From a candidate division WOR-3 bacterium (GTDB taxonomy: Bacteria; Hydrothermota; Tepidihabitantia; Tepidihabitantales; Tepidihabitantaceae), in contig CBFGJV010000005.1 of NCBI GenBank assembly GCA_965649205.1, forward strand, positions 1 to 64,000: a stretch of DNA of 64,000 nucleotides, given 5' to 3'. Each line of letters opens with the position of its first letter. Positions within the stretch are counted from its first letter, which is position 1. Positions 37,060-45,183 of this stretch are shown one piece after another. The position numbers and the translations under genes are program-made. The notes under the pieces are model-generated. The model did no database searches and was not told the origin of the DNA. It saw nothing but the letters and a program-made list of their open reading frames with translations.

Positions 37060-38124
37060 ATGAAAACAACCAATAACACTTTTCCGGTGAGACTGCTGGT
37101 AGTGTCCCTGCTGGTGCTAATGACTGCGTCGGTAGGGCTGGCAGCGTTTTCCAAGGTGGGTACGACAGGCGCGGCGTTTCTGAAGATAGGCGTGGGCAGA
37201 GCGACGGCAATGGGAGAGGCCTTCACGGCCATTGCCGACGACGCCTCAGCCTGTTACTTCAACCCGGCCGGTCTGGCGCACACCGTCCGGCAGGTGCAGT
37301 TCAATCACGCGGACTGGATTGCGGACATAAACCACGACCATCTGGCTGTGGTGCTGCCCTGGACCAATTTCGGCACGCTGAGTTTCGCGGTTACGGCCCT
37401 GTCTATGGGAGATATGGAGCAGACTACCGTAGATAATCCGTCAACCCGGGCACGCGAAGACGAAGGCACAGGGCTGAAATTCGGCGCGGCAGACTTTGCG
37501 GTGGGCGTTTCCTATGCCCGTATCATCACAGACAAACTGTCCTTTGGCTTTACGGCCCGGGCGGTACAGCAGACCATATGGGATATGTCCGCCAGCGCCC
37601 TGGGGGTGGATTTCGGACTCTATTACAACACCGGATTCCGCTCGCTGCGTATCGGCGCCACTGTATCCAATTTCGGCACCCAGCTGGCGTTCACCGGTCG
37701 GCAGCTGGAGTACGGGTTCACCTGGCCGGGTGATTCCGGACCACCGGGTCTGCGCGGCAGCTATCGTACGGACGCAATGCCTCTGCCGACTGTGTTCCGG
37801 TTCGGGATTGCGTATGACCTGATGGATACGGAGCAGAGCAAACTGACGGCGGCAGTGGACCTGACTCATCCCTCGGACATAAACGAGACGGTAAACTTCG
37901 GGTTGGAGTATGGTTACTCAAATCTGTTTTTCCTGCGGGGCGGATATATACTGAATGTGGATCAGGAGTATGCCGAGAAGGTCGGTCGGATTTCCGGGCT
38001 TACGGCCGGCTGCGGAGTGAAGGCAGAGCCGACCCAAGGTCTGAAGCTCGGCCTGGATTATTCCTTCCGCTTTCTCAAGTATCTGAGGCCCACGCATCGG
38101 GTGCAGTTGACTGTAGGTTTCTAG
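37060..38124 (+). CDS. PorV/PorQ-family outer-membrane barrel
   Basis: GGAGG SD; FLKIGVGRATAMGEAFTAIADDASACYFNPAGLA; terminal Phe. Confidence 0.88.
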   Translation: MKTTNNTFPVRLLVVSLLVLMTASVGLAAFSKVGTTGAAFLKIGVGRATAMGEAFTAIADDASACYFNPAGLAHTVRQVQFNHADWIADINHDHLAVVLPWTNFGTLSFAVTALSMGDMEQTTVDNPSTRAREDEGTGLKFGAADFAVGVSYARIITDKLSFGFTARAVQQTIWDMSASALGVDFGLYYNTGFRSLRIGATVSNFGTQLAFTGRQLEYGFTWPGDSGPPGLRGSYRTDAMPLPTVFRFGIAYDLMDTEQSKLTAAVDLTHPSDINETVNFGLEYGYSNLFFLRGGYILNVDQEYAEKVGRISGLTAGCGVKAEPTQGLKLGLDYSFRFLKYLRPTHRVQLTVGF

Positions 38125-38147
38125 CTCTAATTTCGTGAAGGCAGTAG

Positions 38148-38175
38148 CAGCAGGAGCCCGGCTGGGCTCCTGCTG
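38148..38175 (+). terminator. Probable intrinsic terminator after the PorV-family gene
   Basis: CAGCAGGAGCCC-GGCT-GGGCTCCTGCTG followed by TCTT. Confidence 0.7.
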
Positions 38176-38207
38176 TCTTCAGAGAGGCGTTTCGGAGCCA
38201 GAGAATT

Positions 38208-40400
38208 ATGAATTACTCACGACAGTTTGGTTCTGAGTCCAGGCAGGGGAAAGTAATCAGGAGGCGGAACTGGACAGTGTTCGTATTCTTGTTCTTGGTG
38301 CTGGGAGGATGGGCGAGTCTGGTGCGGGCTGCACAGTGGACCGTAGGTATTTATATGTGTGCGGATAACGGTATGAATGACCAGGCCTACGAAGACTTGG
38401 CAGAGATGAAACAGATAGGCTCTTCAAACGAGGTCAATATCATTGTGCAGGTGGACAATGCTGCCAGAGATTCCCATCCCGGTTGCCGCCGCTACCGGAT
38501 AAGAAAGAACGGGCTGGAGTTGCTTGCCGACCTGGGCGAAGTGGATATGGCTGATACGGCAACGCTTATCGGGTTTGGGCGATTTTTGGCCCAGAAGTTT
38601 CCGGCCGACAAATACTTTCTTGTACTCTGGGATCATGGCAGCGGCTGGCACGAAGGTACGGGCAGGACGGACTGGATATTTCAGGATGAAACGCCTGTTT
38701 TCCGAACAATGGGCGTGGCAGGAGGAGAGCTGGCCGCGGCAGTGGCTTCCATCAAGAGAATACTGGGCAAAAGAATTGCCATACTGGGGTTTGACGCCTG
38801 TCTTATGGGTATGATGGAAGTGGCCACAGAGGTGCTGGGAGGGTGCGATTATATGTTGGGCTCAGAAGGGCTGGTGCCGTGGGGAGGTTGGCCCTATGAC
38901 AAGATACTGGAACTTCTGGTCGCAAGTCCTGTTTCCACCCCAGAGGAAGTGCTACCCGCGGTGTGCGCGGCCTATGTGGAAGCATATCCGGGTGAGGATG
39001 TGTGTCTTTCTGCTTTGAATATGCGGCAGCTTACGAGAGTGCTGTCTGCCTGTCGGAGAGTGCTGCAGGACAGTCTGGACATTTCCCGGTCAGAACTGCG
39101 AACAGCGCGGCAGCAGGTACAGACATTTCCGCTGGAGCCGGGCCACAGGCCGGTTCCTGCCGATGACCATATTGATTTTGGCCATTTCTGGCAACTGGGG
39201 GCAGAGTTGCCCGGCGTTCGGTCTCTGCGGATGGCGCTTGCGCCTCTGGTGGTGGCAGAGAGCAGTCAGGCCGGTTTTGACCGGGCGCAGGGAGCCGCAG
39301 TGTGGTTTCCTGACAACTACCTGGCGTTCAAGGCCGCAGCCAGGGCCTATGCTCGGTTGGCTTTTGCCGATTCCGTGCCGTGGCTGGAGTTTCTGAATGC
39401 GTATTTTGCTCTGGATGATGTGAAACCGACGCAGCCGGCTTTCACCCATTCCCGCCTAAGCAGAAAGAGGGATTTGCAGTTGTGGTGGAGTTCGGCCTGG
39501 GACCTGGCACCGGTGACATACACCCTGTACGAGTTTGACCGGGCAGAAGAGATGTTTTCTGATTACTGCGAGGATATGAACAACTGGAGCGCAGGAGGTT
39601 GGACGACCAGCAGCCGATATGTCCGTTCGGCCGCAAACTCCTTTTTTTCCGGGTCAGCTTCCAATCTGGATAACAGGCTGGTTCTGCTTGCGCCGTTGGA
39701 ACTAAGTCAGGGCGGTCTCCTTTCTTTTTTCGCCTTGTTTCAGACAGAAGAAGCGTTTGATTCTGCGGGGAGAATCAGACGGGACGTCTGCGTGTGTGAA
39801 TGGTCCGGAGACCGTATACACTGGTCGGTGCTGGATTCGTTCTACGGTTCGTCTCTTTCCTGGCAGGAGCGTCGCTATGTGCTACCCGCCTGTTCCAGTC
39901 TGTATCTGCGCTTTCGGTATGTCACCAATGGCAGCATCAATGGTCTGGGCGTTTTTCTGGAAGACATAAAGGTGTACCGGTTTGGCGAGTCCAGGATGGT
40001 AGCTGGTGGGGTGCGGGACACCTTTTTCCGTCTGTTCAATCTGAAACAGGGTACGCATAATTTCGTTGTGACAGCCCGGGACAGCTTCGGTAATGTTTCC
40101 CTGGCCAGCTATGCGCGGCAGGTGGAGGTGGCAGACTACGCCGAGCCTTACACCAGGCCGGCTCCGTTTTCCGGGGCGTGCCAGCTGGTACTGGACTTTC
40201 CGGCCGATGAAACTGTGGACGTCACCATACATACTGTCTCCGGTACGCCAGTCAGACGTTTTGACAGAGTTACCGAACGGCTGCTGGCCTGGGATGGCCG
40301 CAATCAGGCGGGCAGGGAATTAGCTGACGGAATGTACCTGGTGGTTGTAGAGGGAAAGAGTTTCCGCCAAGTGGGCAGAATCGCCAAGGTGGCGAGGTAG
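38208..40400 (+). CDS. Clostripain-family (C11) cysteine peptidase with FlgD/T9SS-like CTD
   Basis: WTVGIYMCADN, WDHGSGW (His), FDACLMG (Cys); C-terminus WDGRNQAGRELADGMY. Confidence 0.9.
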   Translation: MNYSRQFGSESRQGKVIRRRNWTVFVFLFLVLGGWASLVRAAQWTVGIYMCADNGMNDQAYEDLAEMKQIGSSNEVNIIVQVDNAARDSHPGCRRYRIRKNGLELLADLGEVDMADTATLIGFGRFLAQKFPADKYFLVLWDHGSGWHEGTGRTDWIFQDETPVFRTMGVAGGELAAAVASIKRILGKRIAILGFDACLMGMMEVATEVLGGCDYMLGSEGLVPWGGWPYDKILELLVASPVSTPEEVLPAVCAAYVEAYPGEDVCLSALNMRQLTRVLSACRRVLQDSLDISRSELRTARQQVQTFPLEPGHRPVPADDHIDFGHFWQLGAELPGVRSLRMALAPLVVAESSQAGFDRAQGAAVWFPDNYLAFKAAARAYARLAFADSVPWLEFLNAYFALDDVKPTQPAFTHSRLSRKRDLQLWWSSAWDLAPVTYTLYEFDRAEEMFSDYCEDMNNWSAGGWTTSSRYVRSAANSFFSGSASNLDNRLVLLAPLELSQGGLLSFFALFQTEEAFDSAGRIRRDVCVCEWSGDRIHWSVLDSFYGSSLSWQERRYVLPACSSLYLRFRYVTNGSINGLGVFLEDIKVYRFGESRMVAGGVRDTFFRLFNLKQGTHNFVVTARDSFGNVSLASYARQVEVADYAEPYTRPAPFSGACQLVLDFPADETVDVTIHTVSGTPVRRFDRVTERLLAWDGRNQAGRELADGMYLVVVEGKSFRQVGRIAKVAR

Positions 40401-40425
40401 TAGCCAGTCAAGCAGGACGGTTTTT

Positions 40426-41826
40426 CTAATCCGGCAGGATTTTGCCCGGGTTGAGTATGCAGTCCGGGTCCCAAGCCTGTTTGAGCTGGCGCATTAGTTC
40501 CAGTTCTCTTGTGCCCAGCGCCCGCTTCATCCAGCGCCGCTTTTCGGAGCCGATACCATGTTCAGCCGAAATCTGACCGCCGGAGGCAAGGACAAAGTCA
40601 ATCAGCTCGCTGAACATGCGGTCGCGGTCCTGTGACCAGTCTGGCCGGTTGGAGTCACGGCACACATCCACGTGGATATTTCCGTCGCCGATGTGGCCAA
40701 ACGGTACAATCGTAAGATTGTATTGTGACGCCAGCCGGGATATTTTGTCCACTGTGGCAGGAAGCTGGGACAGAGGAACCACGATATCTTCGGCACTAAC
40801 CTCCGGGTAGATTTTTTTCAGGGTGTCGGCCATCTTGCGGCGGGCGGTCCAGAGCCGGTTCTGGTCAGTAGGGTTGTCGGCAACCAGAGGTTCGGCTGCA
40901 CCCAATTCCAGGGCCATCTCCCCCAGACGGACGCAGTCGGCGATAACCTGTTCGCGTTCATTCCCCTCCAGTTCCACCAGTACCTGTATGGCAGCTTCCG
41001 GGTAGGGCAGATTAGAACCCAATACCTGGTTTACAGCTTGTATGCCCTGTCTTTCCATAAATTCTACGACCGCGGGCAAGATGCGGTTGTCATGTACCAG
41101 CCGCAGCACCAGCTCCACGCCCTGGCTGAGCTGGTTGAAAGGTATGAGTACATCAATCTGATATTTTGGTTTCGGTACCAGTCGCAACAGGGCTTCGGTT
41201 ACAACAGCCAGCGTGCCTTCGGAGCCGACCAGTATGCGACCCAGACCATAGCCTGTGGCGTTCTTGTGCAGCTTTCCGCCCCAGTGGATGATGCTTCCGT
41301 CAGGAAGAACAGCTTCCAGTCCCCGCACATAGTCGCCAGTTACTCCGTATTTGAAAGCGCGGGCACCGCCCGCATTTGTGGCGATGTTGCCGCCTATGGA
41401 GCAGTCTTCCAGCGAGGAGGGGTCAACCGGATAATAGAGGCCGTATTCCAGACAGGTTTTCTGTACCTTGTCGGTGGTAACCCCGGGCTGGGTTCTGACT
41501 ATGAAATTGGCAGGGTCAACTTCTATGACCCGGTTCATAAGCTCGGTGGAAACTATGATGCCGCCACATACCGCCACCGAACCGCCGGCCAAGCCGGTGC
41601 CCAGGCCGCGTGGAGTAACCGGTATCCGTTCTGTCTGACACAGGCGAAGTACGGCCGCTACTTCCTCCGGCGAGCAGACTTTTACTACTGCTGCAGGAAG
41701 ATAATCCGGCCCCGGACTTTCATCCCGACAGTAATCAGCCAGACACTCCGGCTCGGTAAGGACGCGGTCAGAACTCGTAAGCCGCTTCAGTTCGGAAAGA
41801 AACGCGGCTGTTACGGAGCCGTACAT
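40426..41826 (-). CDS. FAD-linked oxidase (GlcD/D-lactate dehydrogenase-like)
   Basis: PRG.GTGLAGG, IGGNIATNAGG, GSEGTL, GHIGDGNIH, EHGIG, LNPGKI. Confidence 0.92.
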   Translation of the reverse strand: MYGSVTAAFLSELKRLTSSDRVLTEPECLADYCRDESPGPDYLPAAVVKVCSPEEVAAVLRLCQTERIPVTPRGLGTGLAGGSVAVCGGIIVSTELMNRVIEVDPANFIVRTQPGVTTDKVQKTCLEYGLYYPVDPSSLEDCSIGGNIATNAGGARAFKYGVTGDYVRGLEAVLPDGSIIHWGGKLHKNATGYGLGRILVGSEGTLAVVTEALLRLVPKPKYQIDVLIPFNQLSQGVELVLRLVHDNRILPAVVEFMERQGIQAVNQVLGSNLPYPEAAIQVLVELEGNEREQVIADCVRLGEMALELGAAEPLVADNPTDQNRLWTARRKMADTLKKIYPEVSAEDIVVPLSQLPATVDKISRLASQYNLTIVPFGHIGDGNIHVDVCRDSNRPDWSQDRDRMFSELIDFVLASGGQISAEHGIGSEKRRWMKRALGTRELELMRQLKQAWDPDCILNPGKILPD

Positions 41827-41841
41827 CTACTCCGGCCCGGT

Positions 41842-42171
41842 TCAGGAAGTAAGATGCGCTTCCAGTTTCGAGACCAGAGCCGGTTCGGGCATCAACCCGA
41901 CTATGCGGTCAACCTCCACACCATTCTTGAAGACAATGAGGGTGGGAATGCCGTGGATGTTGAATCTGCCGGGTGTTTCCGGGCTTTCGTCTGTATTCAG
42001 TTTGCAGACTTTCATGCGGCCGGCAAACCTGGTTGCCAGCCTTTCGATAACCGGTGCCAGAGCCCGGCAGGGACCGCACCATGGAGCCCAGAAGTCCACC
42101 ACTACAGGCAGTTCCGATTTTGTTACTTCCGACTCAAAATTATCATCTCGCAGATGTACTATTCCGTCCAT
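41842..42171 (-). CDS. trxA: Thioredoxin
   Basis: [13 protein letters not shown]...GIPTL; start re-assigned to ATG 42171. Confidence 0.95.
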   Translation of the reverse strand: MDGIVHLRDDNFESEVTKSELPVVVDFWAPWCGPCRALAPVIERLATRFAGRMKVCKLNTDESPETPGRFNIHGIPTLIVFKNGVEVDRIVGLMPEPALVSKLEAHLTS

Positions 42172-42268
42172 ATTTTTCCTTTCTTTAGTTTTGGACATTG
42201 CTGATTGCTTAGCTTTACACACTGACCTTTTTGACTGCAATTCTCACGGGAAAGGTTCGCAAAGACAC

Positions 42269-43078
42269 CTACCGGGCCCTAATCACTATGTCAGCATTGC
42301 TGGTGAACAGGGTGATGACAGAGGCCCCAGAGCCGATTCTGCCCCGTTTGTGGGCACGTTCTGATTTCTCATAGCTCACCAGGCCAAAGCCGGAGATAGT
42401 TATGTCCCCATTGGAGGTGATGGCTTCAAAGGTTGCAGATATATTGGCGGGCAGGTAGAGCGTGATTTTCCCGTTAGAGGTGCCCAGACTGGCAGATTCG
42501 GTTGCTCTTAGTTCTGCCAGGTCGCATTCTATCGCCTGACCGGAAGTAGAGACGGCGACGCTGCCGCGGTGAACCCGGATTCTCACCTTGCCGTTGGAGG
42601 TGCTGAGATTCAGAGAGCCTTTGGTGTCCATAACTTCAATATCCGCGTTCGTGGTGGCGGCAGAAACGTCTGCGGTTATACCGGTTATGGAAACTGTTCC
42701 GTTGGAGGTGGAAAGTGTGAGCGGAATGGATTCCGGGACGTAGAGGTCATAATGGACGCCGCAACTGCGGCTGCCGCCGGGTACGAGGGCCAGCAGGGAA
42801 AGTCGGCCAGAGTTGACAGTGTCCTTGAGAGTGATGTTTTCCAGCGCCCGGGCCGCGTCGGCACTGTCGCGGCCATAGCACCAGCGGGTGATGTGGGCGG
42901 TGAGAAGCGAGTCAAGGGCGAGGGAGATGTGAATATGACCGTTGCGGGTGCTTGCTTCCAGGCTGGTGAGAGATGGGGCGGGCCAAGAGCGGGTTTCAGG
43001 CAGTTCCAGCCGATAGGTGTAAATGCAGGCCAGGAGGTGGATCACTGTCCAGAGAATAAGGGGCGAAAGGCGTCGCAC
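42269..43078 (-). CDS. DUF4097 beta-strand-repeat lipoprotein
   Basis: Lipobox LLAC; repeated (S/T)TSNG.(V/I) units. Confidence 0.85.
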   Translation of the reverse strand: MRRLSPLILWTVIHLLACIYTYRLELPETRSWPAPSLTSLEASTRNGHIHISLALDSLLTAHITRWCYGRDSADAARALENITLKDTVNSGRLSLLALVPGGSRSCGVHYDLYVPESIPLTLSTSNGTVSITGITADVSAATTNADIEVMDTKGSLNLSTSNGKVRIRVHRGSVAVSTSGQAIECDLAELRATESASLGTSNGKITLYLPANISATFEAITSNGDITISGFGLVSYEKSERAHKRGRIGSGASVITLFTSNADIVIRAR

Positions 43079-43083
43079 TGCGT

Positions 43084-43761
43084 TTACTTGGTGCTGATTG
43101 TCTGGGCTGCAGGCGCTATGAGTATTCCCACCGAATAGAAGGGTCCGCCGAAGCGGCTGGGAGGGGTGCCGATGATTCTGGCTCCGCCGGGCTGGTGCCA
43201 GTTGACAGCGAAGGGCGAATACAGATAGCCTGCGCGCAGGGTGAGACCGTAACGGGAGCCAGCGTTGACCGCAGAAATTCCGAGTTCGAGGGCTGCCAGC
43301 CCTGTGGGTTTCATTCCGGATAGGAGCGTGACTCCTTGGCCAGGTCTGGTCAAAAGGGAGTCGAATTTGATATCCCCTTTTTCAGTTCTGATGCTGAATG
43401 TTTGCGTCTGGCCACCCAGTCCGAGCATGGGCACGACAGAAAGAAAGGAGAAGGGAAGCAGTTTGGGCCCGGTTGTAGCGAACAAGCCCCAGCTCTCGCT
43501 GTGTAACCGAAAACTGTCGTTCTCGCTTTCGTCCCAGGTACGATAGAACAGGGGACCGACGAGCAGATGGCCGGTTAGGGAACGCAATTCCAAGCCCCAG
43601 CCATAATGACGGCGCGCAGCCTGCGGCAATCCGTTGGCGGCAAACTTGGCGTTGAAGCCGGCCACATCGGGCTCATAGGCAGCAGCGAAGGGGATAAGCC
43701 AAGCTTCCTGAGCTAGGGTCAGGGTGGTTGCTAGCAGAAAAAACAGAGCCGTTTTCTTCAC
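43084..43761 (-). CDS. Hypothetical exported, probably outer-membrane beta protein
   Basis: Signal peptide MKKTALFFLLATTLTLAQ; amphipathic strands. Confidence 0.65.
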   Translation of the reverse strand: MKKTALFFLLATTLTLAQEAWLIPFAAAYEPDVAGFNAKFAANGLPQAARRHYGWGLELRSLTGHLLVGPLFYRTWDESENDSFRLHSESWGLFATTGPKLLPFSFLSVVPMLGLGGQTQTFSIRTEKGDIKFDSLLTRPGQGVTLLSGMKPTGLAALELGISAVNAGSRYGLTLRAGYLYSPFAVNWHQPGGARIIGTPPSRFGGPFYSVGILIAPAAQTISTK

Positions 43762-43900
43762 TGGTAGCCAGTATAGGTAGAAGCAAGAAAGGTGTCAAAC
43801 TGCCCGAAGATAAAAGCCAGCGCAGTCAGGACAGGATGCCCTTGCGGTTACGCAGAGTCGTTAGTCCGGTGTCTGAGATACCGAGGTGCCAGGCCTGAGT

Positions 43901-45082
43901 TTAGACCGCGAGGGAGTCGGCCAAAAGTTCGGCCACGTCCACTACGCGCAGGTCCAGCTCCATAGTTTTTACCGAGTCGTCGAACATCAGCAGACAATAG
44001 GGACAGGCAACGGCCAGAATTTCCGCACCGGTCTGGACAGCCTGTTGTACGCGGATATCAGAAAGCCTTTCTCCCTTTGGCCAGTCAAGCCAAAGACCGC
44101 CGCCGCCTCCGCCGCAGCAGATGGACTGGTCGCGATTGAAGTGAAGAATCTCCACCAGCTCCAGCCCGGGAATACTTCTCAATACCTGTCGGGGTTCTTC
44201 GTAAATGCCGCTCTGGCGACCGAGCGTGCACGGGTCGTGATACACTACCTTCTTGGGCAGAGGCTTCTTGGGCTGAAGCCGACCTTCGGCGAGAAGTCGG
44301 GCAAACAGCTGGGTTTCGTGAATGAATTCGCGGCCCTTGCTCAACTCGGGATAGTCCCGGCGAAAACTGCGATAGCAGTGAGGCGAAGTACAGATCACTC
44401 GTCTGACTTCCGGTTTGTTCAGGAGTTGAGTATTGGTCTCCGCTAATTGTTGGAACGCATCCTCGGCTCCGGCCCGGCGTATGGCTTCGCCGCAACAGGC
44501 CTGCTCAGCGCCCAGTATGCCATACGACAGGCCGGCCGCACTAAGTACCCGGTAGGTGGCACGATTGAAAGCCTGACAGCGCGGGTCAAAGTCGGCCGTA
44601 CAGCAGGTGAACCAGGCATATTCGGTGTCGGAAGCGAAACAGGGTACAGAAAGGTCTTTGGCCCAGTCGGTACGTTTCTCAGGCGCTCCGCCCCAGGGAT
44701 TGCCTACCGCTAGACATTGAGAAATCACGCTCAGCAGAGTAGAGGGCACGGAGCGGTTCTCCACCATCACGCGGCGCACTGCGCGCAGGACAGAGGGAAG
44801 GTCCACTCCGCGTGGACAGCGGGCCAAGCACGCTTCGCATCCGACGCAGCGGTATAGTTCTTCCACCTCGGCCGCTACTTCTTCCTGTTCTTCTGCGTTG
44901 AGTACCGCACCCAGCTTTACGGCCTGGGGCAGACGATGTACGGTGAATGATACCCGTTTGATGTGATACCAGGGACAAAGAGACATGCACATACCGCACT
45001 GGTAGCACTTGCGTACTTCTTCTCCCCCGTATTCCAGAATCAGGTCGCGGATGTCCAGGTCCGGAACAAGCAGTTTGGGCAT
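43901..45082 (-). CDS. Fe-S oxidoreductase, HdrD/GlpC/GlcF-like
   Basis: CYQCGMCMSLCP, CVGCEACLARCP, two CCG domains (CCG, HDPC, CCGGGGG, CPYC). Confidence 0.9.
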   Translation of the reverse strand: MPKLLVPDLDIRDLILEYGGEEVRKCYQCGMCMSLCPWYHIKRVSFTVHRLPQAVKLGAVLNAEEQEEVAAEVEELYRCVGCEACLARCPRGVDLPSVLRAVRRVMVENRSVPSTLLSVISQCLAVGNPWGGAPEKRTDWAKDLSVPCFASDTEYAWFTCCTADFDPRCQAFNRATYRVLSAAGLSYGILGAEQACCGEAIRRAGAEDAFQQLAETNTQLLNKPEVRRVICTSPHCYRSFRRDYPELSKGREFIHETQLFARLLAEGRLQPKKPLPKKVVYHDPCTLGRQSGIYEEPRQVLRSIPGLELVEILHFNRDQSICCGGGGGGLWLDWPKGERLSDIRVQQAVQTGAEILAVACPYCLLMFDDSVKTMELDLRVVDVAELLADSLAV

Positions 45083-45183
45083 GGAGCTAATTCTTGCACC
45101 AACAGCCGGCAGAGTCAAGCGAACTCCAACCGAGTTGCTTCAACTGTAAACACCGCCAACGAGCAGGCGTGCAACCGCTTCGG

